Made by a program: the position numbers and the translations under genes | In this document: piece after piece, positions 38,099 to 47,663 of the stretch | Position numbering within the stretch: position 1 is the stretch's first letter | How the letters are laid out: every line of letters starts with the position of its first letter | Assembly (NCBI GenBank): GCA_002773835.1 | Contig: PFAC01000005.1 | Span: forward strand, 1-57,657 | Direction: 5' to 3' | Length of the DNA: 57,657 nucleotides | From: Chlamydiae bacterium CG10_big_fil_rev_8_21_14_0_10_35_9 | GTDB taxonomy: Bacteria; Chlamydiota; Chlamydiia; Chlamydiales; SM23-39 | Notes under the pieces: generated by a model | Told to the model about the DNA's origin: nothing | The model's input: only the letters and a program-made list of their open reading frames with translations | The model's database searches: none

Positions 38099-39391
38099 AT
38101 GCAGCACAGTCTAACTAGTACATTTATTCCAGAGCTTGGTGATCAAACTGAAGGAAAAGTCAGAGGAATTTACTCCTATAATTCTGATCTTTTGATGATT
38201 ACAAGTGATAGAATTTCTATTTTCAACCGTTTGCTTGATCAACCAATCCTTGATAAGGGAAGGATTCTTACACAGCTTTCTTTATTTTGGTTCGAAAAGA
38301 CAAAAGATATAATTAACAACCACTTTATTTTCAGTCCTGATCCTAATGTAATGATCGTAAAAAAATGCAGGCCGATAAGGATTGAGGTTATTGTTCGAAA
38401 ATATGCAGTTGGCTCTTTATGGAGAGACTTTGTTGCGGGAAAAAGAAGTAAATGCGGTATCAAACTTCCAGAACACTTAAAAGAAAATCAGGAGTTTGTA
38501 GAGCCTATCATTACACCAACTACTAAAAACAGCGAAGGTAATGATGAAGACATCTCCAAACAGCAAATTTTAGAGCAAAAAATCGTTGATCCCGACCTTT
38601 ATTGTGAAATAGAAAGAAAAGCAATAGCTCTTTTCAAAAGAGGGGAAGCTATTCTAAAAGATAGTCAAATGATCTTGGTAGATACAAAGTATGAATTTGG
38701 TTTAGATGAAAACAACAATTTACTACTAATTGATGAGATTCATACACCTGATTCGTCAAGGTTTTGGTTTGCTAAAGATGTAAAAGAAAAGAACATCAGG
38801 TTTTTTGATAAGGAATTTACGAGAAACTACTTCAAGGAAAAAGGTTTTTTATGTAATTCACAGGTGGAATTTCCACAAGAACTTCAGGGTAAAATAAGAG
38901 AGGGTTATTTACTTCTTTATGAAAAAATAACTAAAAAGAAATTCACTCAAGAATACCTTTCTACTCCAAAAAGGATCTTGCAAAGATTAAAAAATGCTAA
39001 AATTCTTCGAGGATTCTTTGCTTTGGTCATTGCAGGCCTTGAAGTATCGGCTGAACTAAAAAAACTCACAGACACACTCAAAGAAAATCAAATACCTCAT
39101 AAGGTGATCACAAATCCAGGACCCCATGAGCTAGAAAAAATTTATAAAACCTATAATTTATCTATTGAACCAATGGTGTACATCACAATTTCCCGAGAGA
39201 ACTTGATTTTTGCCAGTCAGACATCTAAGTATGGAATATTTCCTCATATTGCCTGTGTTCTTAATCAAAATAGTGAAGGTGATGAATTTTTAGCTTCAGA
39301 CAGTAGAGCTAAAACCAAAGTCGTAGCAGATGTTGTCAGCTGCATAAACAACGTCCTTGCCACCTTACATAAAACAGAGGAAATGGTTTGA
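38099..39391 (+). CDS. purC: SAICAR synthetase with a C-terminal degenerate PurE-like domain
   Basis: GKVR, SDRIS, TPTTK, LVDTKYEFG, LIDEIHTPDSSRFW, DKE; ~125-aa C-terminal extension. Confidence 0.9.
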   Translation: MQHSLTSTFIPELGDQTEGKVRGIYSYNSDLLMITSDRISIFNRLLDQPILDKGRILTQLSLFWFEKTKDIINNHFIFSPDPNVMIVKKCRPIRIEVIVRKYAVGSLWRDFVAGKRSKCGIKLPEHLKENQEFVEPIITPTTKNSEGNDEDISKQQILEQKIVDPDLYCEIERKAIALFKRGEAILKDSQMILVDTKYEFGLDENNNLLLIDEIHTPDSSRFWFAKDVKEKNIRFFDKEFTRNYFKEKGFLCNSQVEFPQELQGKIREGYLLLYEKITKKKFTQEYLSTPKRILQRLKNAKILRGFFALVIAGLEVSAELKKLTDTLKENQIPHKVITNPGPHELEKIYKTYNLSIEPMVYITISRENLIFASQTSKYGIFPHIACVLNQNSEGDEFLASDSRAKTKVVADVVSCINNVLATLHKTEEMV

Positions 39392-40662
39392 AAATACTAG
39401 TACTTGGAAAAGGGGGAAGAGAACATGCCCTTTGTAAAACTTTTGAAAGGCAGGATCATACTGTCTATTCTTATCCCGGAAATGGAGGCACTCATCCTAT
39501 TCTAGCAGACATTAAAGACCTACACTTTGCTTCGATTGTTGAGTTTGTTAAAGAAAACAATATTGATTTGACAGTAGTAGGAGGAGAAGACCTTTTAGCA
39601 AGTGGGATTAAAGATTACTTTGAAAGGGAAGGTCTTCTTCTTTTCGGTCCGAATAAAATAGCGGCTCAAATTGAGTCTAGTAAAGCCTGGGCTAAGCAGT
39701 TTATGCAAGCCCATCATGTACCTACTGCTAATTTTGTAGTTTGTAAAACCATAAAAGAGGCTAAGAAAACTGTTGAAGCATTTTTCGAAAGTGGTAAGAA
39801 AGTGGTGGTTAAGCCAAGCGGTCTTACTGCGGGAAAAGGGGTAATTGTCTGCGATACATTAAGTCAGGCTCATCTTGCTATACAACTTATTTTGTCCGAT
39901 AAATGTTTTGATAGTGCGGGAGATACTGTAGTGATAGAAGAGAGACTTTTTGGTAAGGAAGTTTCTGTTATGGCTTTTTGTGATGGTGTAAGGGCTAAAA
40001 TCATGATTCCAGCTAAAGATCATAAAAGGCTCTTAGAAAATGACAAGGGGCCTAATACAGGAGGCATGGGGGCTTTTGCTCCAGTCGAGTTTTTAACAGA
40101 AAAGGATTTGCAGGAGATTGAGCAAGTCATTTTTCAACCTGTTATGCAAGGGTTTATTAATCAGAGTATCAGCTATCAGGGAGTGCTTTATGCAGGATTG
40201 ATGCTTACAGATGCAGGCCCTAAAGTGTTAGAATTCAATGCTCGATTTGGAGATCCTGAGGCGCAAGCAGTTCTTCCTCTTTTGCATAGTGATCTTGCTA
40301 ATATTATGATCGAGTGCTGCCAAGGAAAACTACAGAGTGAAGTTACATGGAAAGCAAAAGCTTCCTGCTGCATAGTTTTGGCATCTAAGGGATACCCTAA
40401 ATCTTATCAAACGGGTTTCCCCATATCCGGAATTTCAGAAGTAGAAAAAAGTCAGGACAGCTTTGTGTTCCATTCAGGAACAACAATAGATGACAGAGGC
40501 ACCATTTTTACTAATGGCGGAAGAGTTTTATCTGTCGTTTCACTTGGTGAGACAAGTGAAGAGGCAAAAGAAAAAGCTTATGAGCAAATAAAAAAAATTC
40601 GCTTTAAAGGAGTGTATTTTCGAGGCGATATTGCAGTGAAAGAAACGCTATGTCTTCATTAA
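39388..40662 (+). CDS. purD: Phosphoribosylamine-glycine ligase
   Basis: GGREHAL, PGN.G, ESSK, GL.AGKGV, DHKR...D.GPNTGGMG, EFN.RFGDPE, GGRVL. Confidence 0.96.
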   Translation: MKILVLGKGGREHALCKTFERQDHTVYSYPGNGGTHPILADIKDLHFASIVEFVKENNIDLTVVGGEDLLASGIKDYFEREGLLLFGPNKIAAQIESSKAWAKQFMQAHHVPTANFVVCKTIKEAKKTVEAFFESGKKVVVKPSGLTAGKGVIVCDTLSQAHLAIQLILSDKCFDSAGDTVVIEERLFGKEVSVMAFCDGVRAKIMIPAKDHKRLLENDKGPNTGGMGAFAPVEFLTEKDLQEIEQVIFQPVMQGFINQSISYQGVLYAGLMLTDAGPKVLEFNARFGDPEAQAVLPLLHSDLANIMIECCQGKLQSEVTWKAKASCCIVLASKGYPKSYQTGFPISGISEVEKSQDSFVFHSGTTIDDRGTIFTNGGRVLSVVSLGETSEEAKEKAYEQIKKIRFKGVYFRGDIAVKETLCLH

Positions 40663-40680
40663 ATAAAGGAGGAATATAGC

Positions 40681-41412
40681 TTGGTTAATCCAAGTAGGCC
40701 TCTCAATCTTGTTGTTTTAGGGTCAGGCTCAGGTACAAACCTTGAGGCTATACTTTCTGCTCAAAATAATGACCCTACTTTCAAAGTTAAAGCGGTCGTT
40801 GTAGATAGAAAATGTCAGTGTGTTGAAATAGCAGAAAAGCATAACGTTCCTCTTGTTTTTTTACCTTTTAAACAACTGTTGAAAATTAAAAAGATACAGT
40901 CCTCTTTTGACTATTTTTCCCTTGTAATACAAAGACTGAACTTACTCGAAAAAGAATATCATTTTACTACAGATCTTGTGGTATTAGCTGGATTTATGCG
41001 GATTATCACCAATCCTTTTTTAGAAAAGTATCCTTGTAAAATTATTAATGTTCATCCTGCGGATTTAACGGAACTAGATGAAAATGCTAACCGAAAATTT
41101 ATCGGAGCTAACAGTGTTTTTGATGCACTAAAAAGTGGAAAAAGAAAAACACGGTCTACTGTGATTTTTATCAATGAAGGAATAGATTCCGGCCCTATTT
41201 TAGTATCAGGCCCTTGGGTTGAATATAAGGGAGTTGAGCCTATAACAGAACAAAGCGCACAAAAGCACCAGGAACAACAAAAAAAGATAAGTGATCATTT
41301 GGCTTTAATTTTCGCCATTAAACTCATTAGCCAAAAAAGAGTAAGTTTTAAAAACCAAAAGCTGTTTGTTGATGAAAAAATAGTAAGTAAGGCAGGTCTA
41401 GAAATTAATTAG
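40681..41412 (+). CDS. purN: Phosphoribosylglycinamide formyltransferase
   Basis: SGSGTNLEAI, LAGFMRI, INVHP, D.GPI. Confidence 0.85.
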   Translation: MVNPSRPLNLVVLGSGSGTNLEAILSAQNNDPTFKVKAVVVDRKCQCVEIAEKHNVPLVFLPFKQLLKIKKIQSSFDYFSLVIQRLNLLEKEYHFTTDLVVLAGFMRIITNPFLEKYPCKIINVHPADLTELDENANRKFIGANSVFDALKSGKRKTRSTVIFINEGIDSGPILVSGPWVEYKGVEPITEQSAQKHQEQQKKISDHLALIFAIKLISQKRVSFKNQKLFVDEKIVSKAGLEIN

Positions 41413-41421
41413 GTTGGAAGT

Positions 41422-42843
41422 ATGTGTGGGATTTTAGGGATTGTAAGTAAGCAAAGTGTTGCTAAAAGCTTATATCATGGGCTTATCCAGTTGCAACATC
41501 GAGGTCAAGATGCCAGCGGCATATATTTATATGATGCAAAATTACAAAAAGAGCATTTAATAAAAGATACAGGTTACGTCCATCAAGTATTCGACCGGAA
41601 TGAATTGGAAAATTTCTCACATAACTGGGGGATTGGTCACGTCAGATACTCTACTATTGGCAAAGGGGACAAAAGTGAAGCACAACCTTTTGCGGCCTCT
41701 AAAATAGCAGTTGCCCACAATGGCAATATCGTTAACTACATTCCTTTAAAAAGAGCGTTAACAAAAAAGGAGAACTTTTATACAAATTCAGACGCTGAAG
41801 TTTTTCAATATTATTTAAATAAACGGCTAGAGGTTAATGATGACTTTGCCTCTATTTGTACAGCAATACAAGAAATTTATAAAAACCTTCATGGGGCGTA
41901 CTCTGTAGTATGCATTATTAAGAATAAGGGAATTATAGCTTTTCGAGATCCTAAAGGGCTAAGACCTCTTCTTTATGGAAGAAATGGTCCTTTTTTTCAT
42001 GCTTTTGCATCAGAAAGTGCTCCATTAAACTTGTATGAGTGTGAGACCATATATGACCTTGAGCCGGGCGAGGTCATGTTCATCGATCAAAATTTCCAGG
42101 TTCATAAAAAAATTCTGCAGCAAGAAAAAAAGACGACTTGCAGTTTCGAGTTTAATTATTTTGCCAAGCCAAGCTCTGTCATTGAGTCTAAAGAAATTTA
42201 TAGAGTTAGAGCAAATCTAGGTATTGAGCTTGGAAAGCAAGTATTAAAAAAAGGGCTTATTCCTGATGTTGTTATATCTGTTCCAGAATCAGGTAATCCA
42301 GCTGCCATGGCACTCGCACACTATCTTGGACTCCCCATAGAGGCTGGGCTTATTAAACAAAATAATGCCAATAGGACTTTTATTTTGCCTACACAAAAGA
42401 AAAGAGCAGAAGCTGCAAAAAAAAAATGGCTTAGTGTGAACTCAGTTTTTAAAGGTAAAAAAGTTTTATTAGTCGATGACAGTATTGTGAGAGGGACGGT
42501 TTCTAAGCGGGCTATTGAGCTGGCTCGACTTTGTGGAGCTAATGAAGTATATTTTGCCTCAACGTATCCTCCTATTAAATATCCCTGTTTTTATGGGATA
42601 GATTTTAATGTAAAAGAGCAGCTGATTTCAAATAATAAAACAGAAAGTGAAGTGGCAAGAGCAATTATGGCAGACGCAGTTATATTTAATGATTTATCTG
42701 GCCTACAAAAAGCAATAGGCACAAAAGACCTATGTACGGCATGCTTAGATGGAAATTATCCAACCCAAACAGATGGAAAAGAAGAGTTAATGTCTTTAAG
42801 AGAGCATGACTTAGCTCTTCTAGAAACCGTCTATACTGGTTAA
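41422..42843 (+). CDS. purF: Amidophosphoribosyltransferase ([4Fe-4S] type)
   Basis: N-terminal MCG, LQHRGQD, GHVRYST, HNGN, VDDSIVRG, Fe-S cysteines in CSFE, PCFYGID and CTAC. Confidence 0.96.
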   Translation: MCGILGIVSKQSVAKSLYHGLIQLQHRGQDASGIYLYDAKLQKEHLIKDTGYVHQVFDRNELENFSHNWGIGHVRYSTIGKGDKSEAQPFAASKIAVAHNGNIVNYIPLKRALTKKENFYTNSDAEVFQYYLNKRLEVNDDFASICTAIQEIYKNLHGAYSVVCIIKNKGIIAFRDPKGLRPLLYGRNGPFFHAFASESAPLNLYECETIYDLEPGEVMFIDQNFQVHKKILQQEKKTTCSFEFNYFAKPSSVIESKEIYRVRANLGIELGKQVLKKGLIPDVVISVPESGNPAAMALAHYLGLPIEAGLIKQNNANRTFILPTQKKRAEAAKKKWLSVNSVFKGKKVLLVDDSIVRGTVSKRAIELARLCGANEVYFASTYPPIKYPCFYGIDFNVKEQLISNNKTESEVARAIMADAVIFNDLSGLQKAIGTKDLCTACLDGNYPTQTDGKEELMSLREHDLALLETVYTG

Positions 42844-42847
42844 AATC

Positions 42848-44119
42848 ATGTTATTTAAGAAAAAAAATCCTATTGTAAAAAAAAAGATAGATAGTAGTGG
42901 GCGATATGGAGCTTTTTATGCTCTTTTAGAGTACGAAAAAAAGGGGCGAAAAGTAGAAAACACTTTAAGAGAGTGGCTAAAACAAGCATCTCCTAAAAAA
43001 GAAGAATATAACCTTGCTCAAGAACTTGCCTATGGCTCCATAAGAAGGAAAATCACCTTAGATTTTTATGCCTTCCAGCTTGCTTCAAAATTAAAGCTAA
43101 GAGAAAAACTGCTGCTTAGGCTTGCTATTTATCAGTTCTTGTTTGCAAAGAAAATTCCTTTATATGCTTTAGTCAATGAAACAGTGGATCTTGCTAAAAA
43201 AAATATTTCTTTAGAAACATCTAAATTCTTTAATGCAACACTTCGGAAACTTGAGACAGCCAAGTTTAAAGAACCTTCGGAAAAAGACTTAGAAAAAAAA
43301 TATTCTTATCCCAAAGTTTTAATAGATCTATTTGTAAAAGAATACGGACTTGTCGATACGATAGAGCTGTTAAAGGTAATGAATGAACCTGCAAAGGTAA
43401 TGGTCCGGAAAAGAGGCATTGTACAAGATATTACTTTGTCAAAAGAAGAGGCAAGAGTCATTCATCAAAAAAAATGGCAAGTATTAGAAATTATTAATAA
43501 AGAAAGAATTAGTGAACTTGTTGACAGTCCTGAGTATTATATACAAAATGTAACGCCCGTCTTTCTAATGGAAAACCTTTCTTTAAAGGTTAAAGGGCCA
43601 CAAAGAATTTTAGATCTCTGTGCAGCTCCAGGAGGCAAACTCTTGATGGCAGCAGACCTTTATCCGGAGGCCCAACTTTTTGCTAATGATATTTCTGAAG
43701 GGCGCTTAAAGAAGCTAGAAGAAAATATATCGAAGTATCATTTAGAGGCTGTTGTCAGTAATCAGCCAGCAGAAAAAATGCACAACAATAAAAAGTTTGA
43801 TTTGATCATTGTGGATGCTCCTTGTTCTAATACGGGTGTTTTGCATAAAAGATGTGAAGCGCGATATGTCATAACAAAAGATCATTTGAAAGGACTTGCT
43901 AAACTTCAATATGAAATCATGAAAAATGCCTTTAACCTCCTTGCTGATGAAGGAAAAATCTGGTTTATGACCTGCAGCATTTTATCTAGTGAGAATGAGT
44001 CTTTTATTGAAAAAATTCTGCAAAATTTTCCCCTTCAAGTAGATGGAAAATTTCATAAAGTTTTACCCACCAAAGAAGGATGGGATGGGGGCTTTGGTTG
44101 CGTGCTTAAAAGAAGCTAG
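42848..44119 (+). CDS. rsmB: 16S rRNA m5C967 methyltransferase RsmB/Sun (NusB-like N-terminal domain)
   Basis: LRLA.YQ, VNETV, F.NA.LR, LDLCAAPGGK, VDAPCS.TG, TCSI...ENE. Confidence 0.9.
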   Translation: MLFKKKNPIVKKKIDSSGRYGAFYALLEYEKKGRKVENTLREWLKQASPKKEEYNLAQELAYGSIRRKITLDFYAFQLASKLKLREKLLLRLAIYQFLFAKKIPLYALVNETVDLAKKNISLETSKFFNATLRKLETAKFKEPSEKDLEKKYSYPKVLIDLFVKEYGLVDTIELLKVMNEPAKVMVRKRGIVQDITLSKEEARVIHQKKWQVLEIINKERISELVDSPEYYIQNVTPVFLMENLSLKVKGPQRILDLCAAPGGKLLMAADLYPEAQLFANDISEGRLKKLEENISKYHLEAVVSNQPAEKMHNNKKFDLIIVDAPCSNTGVLHKRCEARYVITKDHLKGLAKLQYEIMKNAFNLLADEGKIWFMTCSILSSENESFIEKILQNFPLQVDGKFHKVLPTKEGWDGGFGCVLKRS

Positions 44120-44180
44120 CTCTTGCAATATAAAAATGCACAAGAGTAACATTTCCCCCAAATTTTTTAAGGAAAGTATT

Positions 44181-45140
44181 ATGACCAGTCCAGCCAACTC
44201 AGTTGCCCCATTAGCACCTTCACTGCAAAACATGCAGATAGAACCAACTCAAGATCAAGCAGTTATAAAAACGATACGTACGTCTACTGCTGCATTTAGT
44301 TTTTTCTCATACCCAGAAGAGCCTTTGCTAAACCGTTTTGATCAAATAATTCAAAGACAGTTATGTAAAGCAAATATTCGGGCAAATCTTGAGATAGAGT
44401 CTTTGGTCCATTTTCTTGCTGATCAGACGGAGTATGATTTTTCCAAAAAACCATTCTACTTATCAGGGCCTTTACGGGATTTTTCAGATAAGTTTTCTAT
44501 GTCACTGCCAGATGATATCAATAAAATTGAAAAGCTTTTTCCTTTGAACAAAAAACGAAAAGAACTTCTTTTGATCTCTCATAAAATATATATGAATTCT
44601 CAATCTTTTGATGGAATGTCAGAGAATATTTTAAAGCTAACTCTATTAGGTACGGATTATGAAAACAGCCCAATAAATTCAGAAATGGAAAAAACCTTAA
44701 ATGCTCTTATTTTTGTTCTTCTTGGGGGTACAAATACAAAACCTCGAATGGATCTAATTTTTTCGATTTTTTCTAATAAGATAGAACTCTTAGAAACTAT
44801 TTTAACAAATATATTTACTCAAAGGCTTTATTCTTTGTCTTTACTAGAAGAAGTTACAGTGAAACAGTTGACTGGCATTTACAATGCTTTAGGAGAAGAG
44901 TTTGACAAATCCAAGTTACTTTCTAAGCTACCACCAACCTTGAGAGAGGTTTATGTACGAGATCCAGGACCTAACCTTGGTTTTGGTGCAAGAGTAGAGA
45001 TGATTCCAACAGCAGCACCAACTCCTTATTTGGTACAAGCTGCAGTTGAAATAGCGCAAAGTCTGTACCACGATGGGGCAGAGCAAGGGCGTGATTCTGT
45101 TATGGAGTCTATTTTACCTGAGCCTGTTCTTCGTAATTAG
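44181..45140 (+). CDS. Hypothetical protein
   Basis: AAGGA RBS before ATG 44181 (ORF track starts at 44043, inside rsmB); S/P/A-rich N-terminus; no recognisable domain. Confidence 0.7.
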   Translation: MTSPANSVAPLAPSLQNMQIEPTQDQAVIKTIRTSTAAFSFFSYPEEPLLNRFDQIIQRQLCKANIRANLEIESLVHFLADQTEYDFSKKPFYLSGPLRDFSDKFSMSLPDDINKIEKLFPLNKKRKELLLISHKIYMNSQSFDGMSENILKLTLLGTDYENSPINSEMEKTLNALIFVLLGGTNTKPRMDLIFSIFSNKIELLETILTNIFTQRLYSLSLLEEVTVKQLTGIYNALGEEFDKSKLLSKLPPTLREVYVRDPGPNLGFGARVEMIPTAAPTPYLVQAAVEIAQSLYHDGAEQGRDSVMESILPEPVLRN

Positions 45141-45199
45141 GTTATAACTAAAGCAACATTTTAGGATTTGGTGATATAAGAAGAGTATTACCAAATTCC

Positions 45200-45369
45200 A
45201 GATATCGCGGTGGTGTGTTCACGGAAGAGATATGGGAAGATCTTTTTGAAATCTTCTCCGGCGTCTGCACCAGCCTCGAGGCAGCAGCAGACACCTCATT
45301 AGAATTGCTTTGCAATCTGCGTCTTATATCTCCATCCTAAAGGACGAAGTTTTACGGCGCTATTGATAA
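45200..45369 (+). mobile_element. Internally deleted IS200/IS605-family remnant
   Basis: Frame from 45200 reads RYRGGVFTEEIWEDLFEIFSGVCTSLEA (TnpA N-terminal-like), joined to QQQTPH* (TnpA C-terminus-like) and TTATATCTCCATCCTAAAGGACGAAGTTTTACGGCGC...TGATAA (right-end-like); locally GC-richer. Confidence 0.7.
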
Positions 45370-45517
45370 AAGAGCCTAATATCTTTTTTTCTGCAAAAAA
45401 CTCGAGCATAGATTACCTTCTTTTTCACAAATAACTTTTTGGAAGCTTTCTCTGCAAGTTAAGACATTGATCTTAATTTTTTAAAATGAGATCTTATGAA
45501 AAAAAAACAGGTTATGT

Positions 45518-46267
45518 ATGGAAGCTGAAGATCATAAAATTGAATGGTTGGAATTCGATCTTCTTTTAGAACATCCTAGAGTTCTCAACAAAGTTTTTCT
45601 ACGTCATGGTGGTACTAGTAAAAATGAATTTTCCACTCTTAATGCGAGCACAACTGTGGGGGATCACCCTGACTGTGTCAAAGCCAATCGAGAGTTGATG
45701 AAAAATTTAATTCAAGTAGATAAAATCCTTTTTGCCAATCAAGTGCATAAATCAGATATTTTAAAAGTATCCTCTAAGGACAACAACCTTCCGCCCGCAG
45801 ATGTTATTTACACTCTCGATAAAAATCTTGGACTTGCTGTGACTCATGCCGACTGTCAAGCAGCTATTGTCTACGAGCCAAATATTGATTTAATTGGAGT
45901 AATCCATGCTGGATGGAAAGGTCTAGTAGAAGGAATTTATGAAAAAGCTCTCAATATTTTTGTAAATAAAGAGGGGGCTAAAACAGAGGACATGATTGTT
46001 TGTATTTCTCCTAGCTTAGGTCCTGACCATGCAGAGTTTGTGCATTATAAAGAAGAGTTTCCAGAAAAGTTTTGGGACTTTCAAGTAAAAGACAATTATT
46101 TTGACTTAAAAGCAATTGCTAAAAAGCAAATGATGGATTTAGGAGTTGTAGAAGAAAACATTGAAATATCCGACATATGTACCTATTGCGACGCAAACGA
46201 TTATTTCTCGCATCGCAGAGATAAAAAATGTGGAAGGCATGCAACAATAGTTGGTTTGTTACCATGA
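45518..46267 (+). CDS. pgeF: YfiH/PgeF laccase-domain protein (peptidoglycan editing factor / purine nucleoside enzyme)
   Basis: R.GG.S, NQVH, ADC, HAGWKG, CT.C..D.FS.RR...GR. Confidence 0.9.
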   Translation: MEAEDHKIEWLEFDLLLEHPRVLNKVFLRHGGTSKNEFSTLNASTTVGDHPDCVKANRELMKNLIQVDKILFANQVHKSDILKVSSKDNNLPPADVIYTLDKNLGLAVTHADCQAAIVYEPNIDLIGVIHAGWKGLVEGIYEKALNIFVNKEGAKTEDMIVCISPSLGPDHAEFVHYKEEFPEKFWDFQVKDNYFDLKAIAKKQMMDLGVVEENIEISDICTYCDANDYFSHRRDKKCGRHATIVGLLP

Positions 46268-46803
46268 TAGTAGAAGAGAGCATATTAGAAGGGCTAAAAA
46301 TTATTCAGCCGAAAAAGTTTGAAGACTCTCGAGGCTTTTTTATGGAAAGCTATCAGAAGCTACGCTATATGGCCCAAGGAATTTCCTCTCAGTTTGTACA
46401 AGATAATTTCGTTTTTTCTCAAAAGGACACTTTAAGGGGGATGCATTTTCAATCAAGTCCTGGTCAAGATAAACTCATAACTGTTTTAAAAGGAAAAATT
46501 TTTGATGTAGCAGTTGATATTAGGCCAAACTCACCTACATTTAAGCAGTTTTACTATCTCATTTTAGATGACAAAGAGCATAAGCAGTTTTTCATTCCCC
46601 ATGGATTTGCCCATGGATATGCTGCACTAGAAGACTCATATATCCTATATAAGGTTAGTAACATCTTTGAAGCAAAAACAGAAAAGGGGTTTCAATTTGA
46701 TGACATAGCTATCCCATGGCCTGTAAAAAATCCTATTATTTCTGAACGAGATATAAATAGCCCTCATTTTGAAGAGCTGGATTTTAAAAAATGGTTCTCA
46801 TGA
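46264..46803 (+). CDS. rmlC: dTDP-4-dehydrorhamnose 3,5-epimerase
   Basis: D.RGFF.E, FVQDN, LRGMHFQ, DVAVDIR..SPTF, P.GFAHG; ATGA overlap with pgeF (ORF track starts at 46228). Confidence 0.95.
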   Translation: MIVEESILEGLKIIQPKKFEDSRGFFMESYQKLRYMAQGISSQFVQDNFVFSQKDTLRGMHFQSSPGQDKLITVLKGKIFDVAVDIRPNSPTFKQFYYLILDDKEHKQFFIPHGFAHGYAALEDSYILYKVSNIFEAKTEKGFQFDDIAIPWPVKNPIISERDINSPHFEELDFKKWFS

Positions 46804-47663
46804 AAGTTTTGCTTATTGGATCAAAAGGAATGCTAGGTGAATGTTTTGCTCGGCATTTTCGAAAAGTAGGCATTGCATTTGAAAGCCCTTCCAAAGAAAT
46901 GCTGGATGTTTCTCATAATTCTGCTTTACAAAGTTTTGTGCATAACCAGTCATTTACCCATATCATCAACTGTTCTGGTTATACAAATGTTGAAATGGCA
47001 GAAATAGAAAAGGAAAGGGCTGAATTGTTGAATGATAAATCTATGGAATTTTTGGGGAATGTATCTCAACAATTTTCTATTAAAATCATTCATTTTTCTA
47101 CAGATTATGTATTTGATGGAAAAAAAACGGCTCCTTACTTGGAAACAGATACAACAAACCCGTTAAATATATATGGAAAGTCAAAAGAAAGTGGTGAAAA
47201 AAGACTTTTGAAAATAGCTCCAAATTCTCTTATAATTAGAACTTCTTGGCTTTTTGGACTTTTCAAAAACCACTTTATTGCAAAGATATTGCATCTTATG
47301 GAAAACAAAAAAGAAGTGCAAGTAGTAGCTGATCAACTAGGTAGACCTACTTTTACTAAAGACCTAGTTGAAGCTACAATGAAATTAATCGATAAATCAG
47401 GAATATATCATTTTGCCAATGCAGGGCAGACCTCGTGGCATGGTTTTGCAGAAGGAATTTTAAAAAAAGCGCAAAAGTTAGGGCTTCCAATTCTTTGTGA
47501 AAAGGTTGAGCCTGTTTCTTCCCAAGCGTTTGAAACAAGAGCCGCAAGACCAAAATACTCTGTCTTATCTACAGAGAAGTATGAAAAAGAAACTTTATCT
47601 TCACCAAGGACTTGGACAGAGTCCTTAGAGGAATATTTCGAATCTCTTTATGTCAATTGTTAA
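46800..47663 (+). CDS. rmlD: dTDP-4-dehydrorhamnose reductase
   Basis: G..GMLG, YT.V..AE, STDYVFDG, YG.SK..GE, RTSW, DQ.G.PT, RP.YS.L. Confidence 0.95.
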   Translation: MKVLLIGSKGMLGECFARHFRKVGIAFESPSKEMLDVSHNSALQSFVHNQSFTHIINCSGYTNVEMAEIEKERAELLNDKSMEFLGNVSQQFSIKIIHFSTDYVFDGKKTAPYLETDTTNPLNIYGKSKESGEKRLLKIAPNSLIIRTSWLFGLFKNHFIAKILHLMENKKEVQVVADQLGRPTFTKDLVEATMKLIDKSGIYHFANAGQTSWHGFAEGILKKAQKLGLPILCEKVEPVSSQAFETRAARPKYSVLSTEKYEKETLSSPRTWTESLEEYFESLYVNC

